Both the position numbers and the translations under genes were made by a program. Positions 9,900 to 18,797 of a stretch of DNA of 64,000 nucleotides are shown piece by piece. Under the pieces are notes generated by a model. That model made no database searches and was not told the origin of the DNA. It worked only from the letters and a program-made list of their open reading frames with translations. The stretch comes from Candidatus Poribacteria bacterium. GTDB taxonomy: Bacteria > Poribacteria > WGA-4E > WGA-3G. Position 1 is the first letter of the stretch. The number at the start of each line of letters is the position of its first letter. The DNA is taken from contig OZ219750.1 of the NCBI GenBank assembly GCA_964291315.2, positions 224,001-288,000 on the forward strand. Direction: 5' to 3'.

Positions 9900-10111
9900 A
9901 TATATCCTGAGAGAAGATTTTTGCACCTAATGGACCTCAGTAAAGAAACAAGACTGATAAAGGATATTCTTGAAAATCCCCTCAAGCTCGCTTCAGCCAT
10001 AACGACATATCTTGTTGGACAGAAGATAGTATTCCATTGAAGACATTGTCAGAAAAAGCACAGTACATCAGAGATTTGCTATTTTTGAAAGCATATTATG
10101 AAAAATCATGA
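9900..10111 (+). pseudogene. Decayed ORF remnant upstream of the methyltransferase (possible restriction endonuclease relic)
   Basis: AT-rich. Start-less frame 9974-10111 (PQARFSHNDISCWTEDSIPLKTLSEKAQYIRDLLFLKAYYEKS*) overlaps the MTase start by 14 bp. Identity is inferred from context only. Confidence 0.3.
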
Positions 10112-11438
10112 TTTGACAGAGCAATTCACATTTTTCGCTACAGATACCGAATCTGAACTTTCAATAGACGATATTGGGTCTGATAGGGTAGAATTGGTTT
10201 CATTCCGGGAACTCGTTCCTGAAATCAGTGATACAAGCTACTTGACACACGGTATTTTTGCTTATCCGGCGAAATTCATTCCGCAGGTTGTTCGATACGC
10301 TATTACGACCTATACAAAGGAAGGGGATTGGATCGTTGATCCGTTTTCTGGTTCAGGAACGGTGGGGGTCGAGGCGTATCTGTGCAAACGCAACGCCTAT
10401 CTTCTCGATCTCAACCTACTCTTGAATCACATGATGCCACTCAAGGTCTACGGTGGGAAGGAGCGGTTGCAGGAAGTGGAATTGTACAGATTGTTGGGGG
10501 ACATGAGAAAAAGTGAAGATCAATTTAGCCCGTCTTGGTCAAATGTCTATTACTGGTATCCGTCTGAGATCTTAGATATGTTATCTCGCTATTGGGGTTT
10601 CATCCACAACAGAGATAATGGAGTCTATTCGTCTATTATCAAATCAGCATTGTTGAAGGTTAGCAAACGTTTTTCCTATACGGAGGATAAGACCCCTAAA
10701 CTTGCCAGATCCAAGCGTAAATTGCGGGCTATAGAGGAGCTGCTTAAAGCAGATTGGCAAGCACAGTTAGATGAGATGGTTCACAAGCTCTGCTTGAAAA
10801 CATTAATAAGTCTGAACGATTTTGTGATGCACACAGAGCAGCAACAAAACAAGGTTGCCCCGGAGGTCCATTGGCATGGCGGTGTGGATTCCTCTTATGT
10901 GGTTGTCCCGCGGGCGTGTGATGCGCTTATCACATCGCCTCCGTATCTCCAAGCACAAGAATACATTCGTTCTACAAAAATGGAGCTGTTTTGGTTGGGA
11001 CACACTGAGGAAGAGATTAGAGAACTCTCACGGCTTGAAATTCCGTATCGAAAAGCAGATCGGATAATTGAGACAGAAAGCTTGAATAAAGTCAGAGAGC
11101 AACTTACCCGAGACGACCTCCGAAAACGGTTGGACTCCTATTTTTGTCATACGGTCAATGCCCTTGAAAGTTCCATGGCTCAGTTGAGACTAGATGCAGC
11201 TGCTTGTATCTTCGTCGGCAATCCGCGGATTGACGGCATAGTGGTCGAGTTGTGGCGAATATTGGCAGAATATTTTACGGAACGTGGATTTGTGTTTGAG
11301 AGGGTGTACGAGGATCGGATTCAGACCCGGCAACTTTTCGGGGCGCGAAAGAATAAGAACCCGGATGGAATGAAATCGGAATTCCTTCTGATCTTGAGGA
11401 AACATACTATTTGTCAAGTAGATCCTCAGCAATACTAA
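10098..11438 (+). CDS. Amino-DNA methyltransferase (N4-cytosine likely; alpha motif order)
   Basis: YPAKF (motif X), DPFSGSGT (motif I), ITSPPY (motif IV). Confidence 0.9.
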   Translation: MKNHDLTEQFTFFATDTESELSIDDIGSDRVELVSFRELVPEISDTSYLTHGIFAYPAKFIPQVVRYAITTYTKEGDWIVDPFSGSGTVGVEAYLCKRNAYLLDLNLLLNHMMPLKVYGGKERLQEVELYRLLGDMRKSEDQFSPSWSNVYYWYPSEILDMLSRYWGFIHNRDNGVYSSIIKSALLKVSKRFSYTEDKTPKLARSKRKLRAIEELLKADWQAQLDEMVHKLCLKTLISLNDFVMHTEQQQNKVAPEVHWHGGVDSSYVVVPRACDALITSPPYLQAQEYIRSTKMELFWLGHTEEEIRELSRLEIPYRKADRIIETESLNKVREQLTRDDLRKRLDSYFCHTVNALESSMAQLRLDAAACIFVGNPRIDGIVVELWRILAEYFTERGFVFERVYEDRIQTRQLFGARKNKNPDGMKSEFLLILRKHTICQVDPQQY

Positions 11439-12228
11439 CCTGTTTTCTGAGGTACGATATATCATTGGCGCGAGCTAAGAACGCTTCTAGATAACGACGC
11501 ATCATGAGCGTATCCCCATTTTTTTCGTATGTGCGGGCAAGACGATAATATGCTTCTGCATCGCTGTCATCAAGCGATAAACCTTTTTCGTAGGATTGGA
11601 TCGCGCGAAGGAAGTCTCCTGTTTCTTCGTAAGCAAGCCCGGTATTAAAATAGAGATTAGCGTCCCCGGCTTCCATTTCAAGTGCTGCCTCGTAATGTAG
11701 AATAGCTTCGTGATACATATCACGATAGAGGTATGCATCTCCGAGGTTGTGATAAGCATCAACGAATGTCGGTTCCGCTTCAACGGCGCTGCGAAAAGCG
11801 GTGAGAGCCTCCTCAAACCGGTTAGTCATATCGTAAGCATAGCCGAGGTTATTATAGAAGGCGGGATTTCCGGGGCCAAACTCGAGTGCGGCGTGAAACA
11901 TATCAATGGCGAGGGTAAATAGGTGGAGATCAATATAAATCAAACCGAGATTATTATAGGCGTGCGCGTGTTGGTCATCAAGTGCGATAGCACCTTGAAA
12001 GGCATCTATTGCTTTCTCATGTTCTCCTAATTCGTGATAGGCTTTTCCGAGCTGAATATATCCTTCTGCGTCTGTCGGGTTCAGTGCTTGTCCCATTTCA
12101 AGCTTTAAAACATCACGCTGAAGTTCCAGCTTCTGTTGCTGTGCCGGATCAGGGGTCCTGCAGCAGAGAAACAAAAGGCAAATGAGTAACATGGAGAGAT
12201 ATTTATGATTATAGATACACATACACAT
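11407..12228 (-). CDS. TPR-repeat protein, probable lipoprotein
   Basis: LLICLLFLCC signal; repeated AYNNLG/FYNNLG/AYHNLG/LYFNTG TPRs. Alternative start 12192. Confidence 0.85.
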   Translation of the reverse strand: MCMCIYNHKYLSMLLICLLFLCCRTPDPAQQQKLELQRDVLKLEMGQALNPTDAEGYIQLGKAYHELGEHEKAIDAFQGAIALDDQHAHAYNNLGLIYIDLHLFTLAIDMFHAALEFGPGNPAFYNNLGYAYDMTNRFEEALTAFRSAVEAEPTFVDAYHNLGDAYLYRDMYHEAILHYEAALEMEAGDANLYFNTGLAYEETGDFLRAIQSYEKGLSLDDSDAEAYYRLARTYEKNGDTLMMRRYLEAFLARANDISYLRKQVSIAEDLLDK

Positions 12229-13038
12229 TTCTGCGATCCAACCCGCCTAGAAGGGGTGCCGTGGCCTAATCCCGGTGATGCGCTACTCTACCGACGCGTT
12301 ATGCCTGAAGATTACAAAACACTTGCAGTTCCCGAAGGCGTAACGGGCACAGTTGTCGTTGAGGCAAGCAAAAGGCTTGAGGATAACCAGTGGATTCTCG
12401 ACCTTGCTGCAGAAGATCCCTTCATTGTTGGGTTCGTCGGACATTTGGAACCGACGGCTGATTTCCAGGATAATTTGGATCGGTTCTCTGCGAATCCGCT
12501 TTTTCGAGGGATACGGCTCGGCGCGGGACATCTACGATCAGTTGGTGCCCCAACGTTCTTGGTAAATATTGAAAAATTAGCAGCGAAAGAACTCGCTTTG
12601 GACCTGCTAATTAACCCTAAAGCCCTATCACTTCTGCCAGCATTGGTTGAACACATCCCTAAGATTCACATTGTCATTAATCATATTGCTGGTGCGCGAA
12701 TATCAGATCAACCTCCTGATTCAGCTTGGGTCTCCGCAATCCGTGAAGTCGCTCGCTATCCGAGTATCTATTGTAAGGTGTCGGGCCTCACAGAACAAAC
12801 AGGGCAAATCCCCGCACCGACAGAAGTCACCTATTACACCTCAACAATAGATGTCTTATGGAATGCGTTTGGTGAAAACCGACTCATCTACGGGAGCAAT
12901 TGGCCTGTATCAGAGCGTTTTGCATCTTATGCAACTGTTCAACAGATTGTAAATGACTATTTTAGCACAAAAGGTGAGGCAGTCAAAATGAAGTTCTTCT
13001 GGCAAAATGCTGAGGCTGCCTACCGACTATCGTTGTAA
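12205..13038 (+). CDS. Amidohydrolase_2 family protein (L-fuconolactonase-like)
   Basis: IIDTHTHF, VINHIA, CKVSG, RLIYGSNWPV. Confidence 0.9.
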   Translation: MIIDTHTHFCDPTRLEGVPWPNPGDALLYRRVMPEDYKTLAVPEGVTGTVVVEASKRLEDNQWILDLAAEDPFIVGFVGHLEPTADFQDNLDRFSANPLFRGIRLGAGHLRSVGAPTFLVNIEKLAAKELALDLLINPKALSLLPALVEHIPKIHIVINHIAGARISDQPPDSAWVSAIREVARYPSIYCKVSGLTEQTGQIPAPTEVTYYTSTIDVLWNAFGENRLIYGSNWPVSERFASYATVQQIVNDYFSTKGEAVKMKFFWQNAEAAYRLSL

Positions 13039-13073
13039 AACTGTGGTAACTGTCACATGCTGATTGGTAGCTT

Positions 13074-13643
13074 TTATGCTATCCAGCGGATGAACTCGCC
13101 AGGCGGTTGCCGTTTCGGTTTGCCGATGTCAGCGGGGTAACCGGTGTAGAAGAAACCAATGATATATTCTTTTGAAGAATCAATAGCGAGCACTTGATAG
13201 GTGCTCTCTTCCATTGTGATTCTACCGGTGCTCCACTGCATTCCGACCCCGGCATCCCATGCAGCGAGTTGGACGTTTTGCATTGCACAGCACACAGCGG
13301 CATAATCTTCGCGTTTGCGTTGTTCATCACCTTTTTGTATGCAAGAAACTGCAATAATCGTCGGCTTAGACATGAACTTCTCGTAAGCTAGTTCACCGAT
13401 TTTCTTGAGATCTTCGGCATCAACGTGCCCGGGGGTATCCTCAATCTTAATTTCGCGGTAGCGGTCTGCAAGGATTCCCTTCGTCTTCTCACCAATCACG
13501 ATAAAACGCCAAGGCTCGGTGATGTGGTGATTGGGTGCCCATATTCCGTAGCTAAAAACTTGTTCAATGACATGGTTCGGTACTGGTTCCTGTTTGAACT
13601 TGAAAATGGTGCGTCGTGAAAGGATCACGTCTTTAACATCCAT
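13074..13643 (-). CDS. Nitroreductase family protein (YdjA-like)
   Basis: SRRTIFKF, WAPNHH.TEPWRF, QNVQLAAW..GVG.QWSTG; GGGAGG RBS. Confidence 0.9.
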   Translation of the reverse strand: MDVKDVILSRRTIFKFKQEPVPNHVIEQVFSYGIWAPNHHITEPWRFIVIGEKTKGILADRYREIKIEDTPGHVDAEDLKKIGELAYEKFMSKPTIIAVSCIQKGDEQRKREDYAAVCCAMQNVQLAAWDAGVGMQWSTGRITMEESTYQVLAIDSSKEYIIGFFYTGYPADIGKPKRQPPGEFIRWIA

Positions 13644-13743
13644 CGTTCATATCCTCCCTATATAATTGAATTATATTGTATTAAGTGGTTAATTGCAAAC
13701 TGTGGCACTTTAGTCGGCACTCTATCGATTTTTGCTGAACCAT

Positions 13744-14532
13744 TTAATGCCACCCAACGAGTTGCAAATAAGTTTGCCAGAGGCTATCTCCACATAAAAG
13801 TACAAGCACAGCGGCCCCCGCGAGAAAGGGCCCATACGGGATGGGGCTCTGACGACTCTTTATGCCGTAGATAATTAAGACAGTTCCAACAATTGCCCCA
13901 CTAAAAGCAGAGAAGGCTATCACCATCGCTAGTTCTGGCCAGGCGCCGAGGAAGAGCCCATTGAGAGTCATCAACTTAATATCCCCGCCACCCATCGCCT
14001 TTTTACGTAAGACGGCGCTCCCAATCACCGCAATCAACCATAACATCGTACCACCGGCAAGTGTCCCAATTACTCGCGTCAGGAGATACCAAATATCGGC
14101 GCGTTGAAACGTAATTCCACAGACGATGCCGAAACCGAGAATCAATCCGGTCCCGATGAGAACATTCGGAATAATATAGTGCTGTGCGTCAATAACAGCA
14201 ATTGGAACAAGTAAAGAAATAAAAACGAGAGCAAGTAAACTTTCGAGGCTTACCCCGAAGCGAACGTACGTTGCTAGGAATAGGAGGGCAGTTACAAGTT
14301 CAACACATGGATATAATAGTGAAATGTCGGTGTTGCAGTGTCGACAGCGCCCACGTAGAAACAAGTAGCTCAAAATCGGGATGGTATCAAGAGATTTTAT
14401 CGTTTCTCCACACTCTGGGCAAAAGGAACGAAGTGGTGAATGAATTGACAAGCAGTCACGTGGGATCCGATAGATACAAACATTGAGAAAGCTTCCGATG
14501 GCTGTACCTAATAGAAAAACAAATACCCACAT
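13744..14532 (-). CDS. pilD: Prepilin peptidase/N-methyltransferase (A24)
   Basis: IGSFLNVCIYRIP, two CxxC pairs, ID....IIPN, MGGGDIKL, IPYGPFL. Real start ATG 14532, 1 nt after the upstream stop. Confidence 0.93.
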   Translation of the reverse strand: MWVFVFLLGTAIGSFLNVCIYRIPRDCLSIHSPLRSFCPECGETIKSLDTIPILSYLFLRGRCRHCNTDISLLYPCVELVTALLFLATYVRFGVSLESLLALVFISLLVPIAVIDAQHYIIPNVLIGTGLILGFGIVCGITFQRADIWYLLTRVIGTLAGGTMLWLIAVIGSAVLRKKAMGGGDIKLMTLNGLFLGAWPELAMVIAFSAFSGAIVGTVLIIYGIKSRQSPIPYGPFLAGAAVLVLLCGDSLWQTYLQLVGWH

Positions 14533-14533
14533 C

Positions 14534-14968
14534 TTACCACCAATATTTTTCCCCGAGTCGCGCATCGGCATGGTAGACTCTACTGATTTCAGCGATACCG
14601 CCGACCCGATACTTTTCCGGAACGCGTGAGTGCTTCTTTGCGATTCCAACCTTATAAGCGTTTCTAAGAAGGATATAACTGCCGCCCCACGGTGTTTCAG
14701 GGATAGACTCCATATAATTTCCACGCCATCCGTCGACCCCAGGGTCTGTAACCAGTGCGCCCAAAGTTGTGGGATAACTTTCTGTGTGTCTGAAGTACTT
14801 TTTAATAGCAACAGCGATAGTTTCGACATCTCTATCTGCTGTGCTCACCTTACGATACTCCAACCATGGTGGAAAAGAAGACGCGCCAATCCCCAGGAGG
14901 ATGATCACAAGGATAAGCAGTTGAGAGCGAGTCATTCCGCTGTCTTCACTTATGTTTTTTCGTAGCAT
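14534..14968 (-). CDS. GspG-like pseudopilin / type IV pilin-like protein
   Basis: Class III leader MLRKNISEDSG|MTRSQLLILVIILL; T2SSG-like YPTTLGALVTDP....WRGNY......PWG. Confidence 0.75.
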   Translation of the reverse strand: MLRKNISEDSGMTRSQLLILVIILLGIGASSFPPWLEYRKVSTADRDVETIAVAIKKYFRHTESYPTTLGALVTDPGVDGWRGNYMESIPETPWGGSYILLRNAYKVGIAKKHSRVPEKYRVGGIAEISRVYHADARLGEKYWW

Positions 14969-15023
14969 TTTTAGTTTTAAAAACACCGCTTGAGAGATAG
15001 GAACGTCATGTTTCCATCTTAGT

Positions 15024-16439
15024 TTAATTGCCAGAGCTTGGACGGGAAATACCATACTTGTTCATTTTTTTGTACAGGTTACTTCGCTCGACCTCTAATG
15101 CTTCCGAAGTTCGCCGGATATTCCAATTGTTTTCTTCTAAAGCAGCGAGGATGCATTGTGCCTCGGCATCATCTATCATCTGACTCAGAGCGATCCCAGG
15201 TTTGTAGATCGGTGTACTCGGAACAGCATCCCAGGATGCCCCCGGTCTGGGCGTGGGGGATACAGAGGGGTCGGATGTTAAAGACAAGGCTTCAACGACA
15301 TCAGGGGCCATCACGACCTCTCGGTTCACCATAATGAGAAGGCGTTCGACGATATTTTTCAACTCCCGGATGTTCCCGGGCCAATTATAACTCTTAAACA
15401 CAGCATAAGCTCCCGGATCGATAACTTTTGGTGTAGATGCCATGTCTAATTGCAGACGCTCAGCGAAGTACTGCACTAACAAGGGGATATCCTCCCTGCG
15501 CTCGCGCAGTGGAGGTACTCGAATAGGCACGACATTCAACCGGTAAAAGAGATCACGTCGGAAGCGTCCCTTCTCAATCTCTTCAGAAAGAGGCTTGTTC
15601 GTTGCCGCAATAATCCGGACGTCGACTATTCGAACCTGATTGCCGCCAAGACGCTCAACTTCGCCGGTTTCAATGACACGGAGTACCTTCGCTTGTGCTT
15701 TCGAGCTCATATCTCCAATTTCATCGAGAAAGAGGGTTCCACCGTGGGCAAGTTCAAAACGTCCTTTTCTTTGGGAATCAGCGCCCGTGAACGCCCCGCG
15801 TTCGTGCCCAAAGAGCTCACTTTCAATGAGTTCATCCGGTAGGGCTGCACAGTTGAGCGAAATAAAGGTTTTTCTGGAGCATTTGCTCTGTTGATGAATA
15901 GCATTAGCAACGAGCTGTTTACCTGTGCCGTTCTCACCAGAAATCAAGACACCAAGTTTACTTGAGGCGACTCGCTTGATTTGTGAGCGGAGGTAAGAAA
16001 TAGCAGTGCTCTTGCCTACCATCTCATCCGTTAGCGCAATTTGCGATTTCAGAATTTCATTTTCTTCCGATAAGCGTGCTATCTCTAGAAACGGTTGGAT
16101 ATTCGATAAAATCTTATCAATACTGATCGGTTTAGTGATGTACCGTTTCGCACCGAGTTCCATGGTCTTAACAGCGATTTCGATATCCTGTTGTGCAGAC
16201 ATCATGACTACATTCAACTCCGGATAGAACTCACGAAGTTTTACAAGCGTCTCAACACCATCCATACCGTTTTCCATACGGATATCTAATAGTACAATAT
16301 CTACATTGGATTTGGCACACTGCTGTAAAGCTTCCTCACCACTCGCAGCCGTCAGAGCTTGATACCCTCGCATCTTCAGCCCTTGGGACAACATCTTAAG
16401 CGTATTTTTTTCGTCATCTACAACTAGAATAGTTTCCAT
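15024..16439 (-). CDS. Sigma54-dependent response regulator (NtrC/NtrX-like)
   Basis: REC domain (ILVVDD, LLDI), GENGTGK, ESELFGHERGAFTGA, WPGNIREL, Fis-type HTH. Confidence 0.95.
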   Translation of the reverse strand: METILVVDDEKNTLKMLSQGLKMRGYQALTAASGEEALQQCAKSNVDIVLLDIRMENGMDGVETLVKLREFYPELNVVMMSAQQDIEIAVKTMELGAKRYITKPISIDKILSNIQPFLEIARLSEENEILKSQIALTDEMVGKSTAISYLRSQIKRVASSKLGVLISGENGTGKQLVANAIHQQSKCSRKTFISLNCAALPDELIESELFGHERGAFTGADSQRKGRFELAHGGTLFLDEIGDMSSKAQAKVLRVIETGEVERLGGNQVRIVDVRIIAATNKPLSEEIEKGRFRRDLFYRLNVVPIRVPPLRERREDIPLLVQYFAERLQLDMASTPKVIDPGAYAVFKSYNWPGNIRELKNIVERLLIMVNREVVMAPDVVEALSLTSDPSVSPTPRPGASWDAVPSTPIYKPGIALSQMIDDAEAQCILAALEENNWNIRRTSEALEVERSNLYKKMNKYGISRPSSGN

Positions 16440-16557
16440 GTTATTTACCCTAATCAAAACGTCCGAAGCGGGAATTCGTTTAAATTTCGCGAGCTATCAC
16501 CTGTTCTTCAGTTTCGGGTGACGTTATTTTTTCGTTCGCAGAAACCGGTTGGAAGAC

Positions 16558-18606
16558 CTATTCTGCGGCTAATTCTTCAGCGTCAATGCTTGAGTTATAC
16601 GGGAGGCGAATACGGACGGTTGTACCTACGTTCTCCGTGCTTTGACAATCCATTTCGGCACCGTGTTCCGTGATAATTCTTTTGACAATGGGCATCCCCA
16701 AACCGGTACCATTTGCTCCAGACTTTGTGGTGTAATAAGGAACGAAAAGATTCGCCATTGTTTCTTCGGACATACCGCGCCCGGTATCTCGGATTTCGAG
16801 TGAAACTATGCCTTTACTAGCTTTCGGATTCTTGCTTTTAGCTTCTAGTGTCTGGTAGCTGTTCCCTTTTTCTCCTACTACAGCACACTCTGACCGACTA
16901 CTGATTGCTAACCACTGATTGCCATTTGGTATGAAACAGGTTTTTACCTTAAGCAACCCACCATCAGGCATAGCCTCGATCGCGTTTTTCAAGAGATTAC
17001 CGAGTGCCCGGGCAGTCTGTTCGGGATCTAGCCAGAGCTGTGGCAGGGCACCTAAGTCAGTTTCAAGCTTAATCTTGGAGACCTTTTCAAGCCAAAACTT
17101 CTCATCAGAATCTTGTAGTGCGGCATCCTTGTATTTCAAATTAGCCGGTGCAGACTCGGCTTCCCGATCGGGTTCGTCGCGATGAACAGAGGGCGGGAGA
17201 TCTGAGTCTTGTTTACCCAGGTACAGGTTCAAAACGGATCGGATAATATTATTGAGTTGGGTTGGCTTTCTTTGCAGTTTCGGCATTCGAGCAAATTGAT
17301 GAAATTCATCTATTAATTTTCCGATCCGATCAACCTCCTCAATGACAGTGTCGGTGCATTCCCGAAATATTTGCTCAAAAATTTCTGGGTCCGATTTTGC
17401 TTGCTGTAGATTTTCGACAGAGAGTCGTATTGGAAAGAGCGGGTTTTTGATTTCATGTGCCACCTGCCTTGCGACATCGCGCCATGTTGCTGCACGTTCA
17501 GCTGCCATCTGTTCTTCCAAGCTCCGTTTTAACTCTCGCGCCATCTGATTGAAACCGTCGGCAAGCTGCCCTATTTCATTTCGAGAGCGGACTTTAACAC
17601 GGTGGTCCAGATCACCAGCAGCGATGTGCCCGACCCCTTCATGAAGAGTTTCGATAGGCTGGGTGATCCGACGACTGATGAGATAGCTGATGAGATAAAC
17701 GAGAGCAAGCCCACTAATACCACTTAGAAGGAGGGTGAGCATGAGTCTTTGCTGCCACTCCATCTGACGTCTATGTGAATATGCAACAATCAGATCAACA
17801 GCAGCTACTTCACTAGCTATGGCAAACGGCGAGTTGAAAGGTGTTATCCGAAAAGCTGTATATGTACTCCCCCCGTTTTCTTCCGTTCCGTGCAAAAGGA
17901 CCTCTCGATCGGATTGCGGACTAGAAAACGATTCTAACCATTCGCTCCTGCGTGTGGCTCGTGAGGCATTGTTTAACGGAAGCCAGTCTTCACCCGAAAC
18001 AGAGGGTACAGCATTAGATGTTTGAGGCTTTACTACAAGAAATATTGGATGATCGTCGGACTGGATGGTTGTTTGGGCTTCTAACCACTCTTGCAAACGG
18101 TGCCCACCTGTAATGAATCCCCATTCGCCTACTTCGGTTGCTTGAACCACGAACTGCGGGCCTATATCGCTCTGTTGTGGAATATTTCTGAGGTGTATAT
18201 GCCCTTCCTTGTTTTCTAACGAATTATATGTGTTATAGAGTCGAGAACTTCCGGCCCCCCTCAAGTCAGGATATAGAAGTTTTCCCTCTGGTGTCCCGTA
18301 CTCCAAGAAGTCAAACTCGGGAATAGGTAAATATGGAGAGGGTGGCTGTTTCTCTATAGCGCGGTGTAACTTCACATCGGTGGCTGCAGCGTGAACGTCC
18401 TTCTGAACGCTCTCAACGAAAACCCTATATTTGTTTGAAATCTGGGCTTGAAGCGTTTCAATATAGCTATAAATTTCCCGTTTAAAAGCAAGCCGAATCA
18501 GGAAATAGGTGCTCCCCAAAATAACACCGAACATCACGAGGAAGACTAAGCCGTAGGCGATAAATATTTTGTTCTGAAGCCGCAAGGCAGAGAGTCTATT
18601 CCTCAT
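16558..18606 (-). CDS. HAMP-domain sensor histidine kinase (NtrY-like)
   Basis: Two TM helices, HAMP, WRDVARQVAHEIKNPL, NLLKNAIEA, DTGRG, TTK..GTGLG. Confidence 0.93.
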   Translation of the reverse strand: MRNRLSALRLQNKIFIAYGLVFLVMFGVILGSTYFLIRLAFKREIYSYIETLQAQISNKYRVFVESVQKDVHAAATDVKLHRAIEKQPPSPYLPIPEFDFLEYGTPEGKLLYPDLRGAGSSRLYNTYNSLENKEGHIHLRNIPQQSDIGPQFVVQATEVGEWGFITGGHRLQEWLEAQTTIQSDDHPIFLVVKPQTSNAVPSVSGEDWLPLNNASRATRRSEWLESFSSPQSDREVLLHGTEENGGSTYTAFRITPFNSPFAIASEVAAVDLIVAYSHRRQMEWQQRLMLTLLLSGISGLALVYLISYLISRRITQPIETLHEGVGHIAAGDLDHRVKVRSRNEIGQLADGFNQMARELKRSLEEQMAAERAATWRDVARQVAHEIKNPLFPIRLSVENLQQAKSDPEIFEQIFRECTDTVIEEVDRIGKLIDEFHQFARMPKLQRKPTQLNNIIRSVLNLYLGKQDSDLPPSVHRDEPDREAESAPANLKYKDAALQDSDEKFWLEKVSKIKLETDLGALPQLWLDPEQTARALGNLLKNAIEAMPDGGLLKVKTCFIPNGNQWLAISSRSECAVVGEKGNSYQTLEAKSKNPKASKGIVSLEIRDTGRGMSEETMANLFVPYYTTKSGANGTGLGMPIVKRIITEHGAEMDCQSTENVGTTVRIRLPYNSSIDAEELAAE
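16818..16922. repeat. Heptamer-armed inverted-repeat element in frame inside the histidine kinase
   Basis: Minus strand GCAATCA-GTGGTTA-GCAATCA-GTAGTCG ... ACTAGAA-GCTAAAA-GCAAGAA-TCCGAAA-GCTA; coincides with a ~35-aa insertion in the HATPase domain. Confidence 0.6.
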
Positions 18607-18797
18607 TTTTGGTACTACCTGCTTTTAAATTCTAGAGATATTGTAATACGGTCGGTAGATTGTTCTTTAACGGCTTATTCAGGTTTTGGAACTCATCGGG
18701 TACTCTGCCTCGGTACTCCTTTCTAGTAAAGAGAAGCACCCCATATAGAAAGAAAACCTTGCTTCCGGTTCGAATCGAAGGGTGTTTCTATTTATTT

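Noticed and set aside
13690-13720. sigma54 promoter near TGGCAC/TTGCA upstream of the nitroreductase
   Set aside because: GG-N10-GC spacing is not satisfied on either strand.
14533-14829. N-terminal 99 aa of the 361-aa PilD ORF
   Set aside because: Overlaps the pseudopilin gene in another frame; homology starts at ATG 14532.
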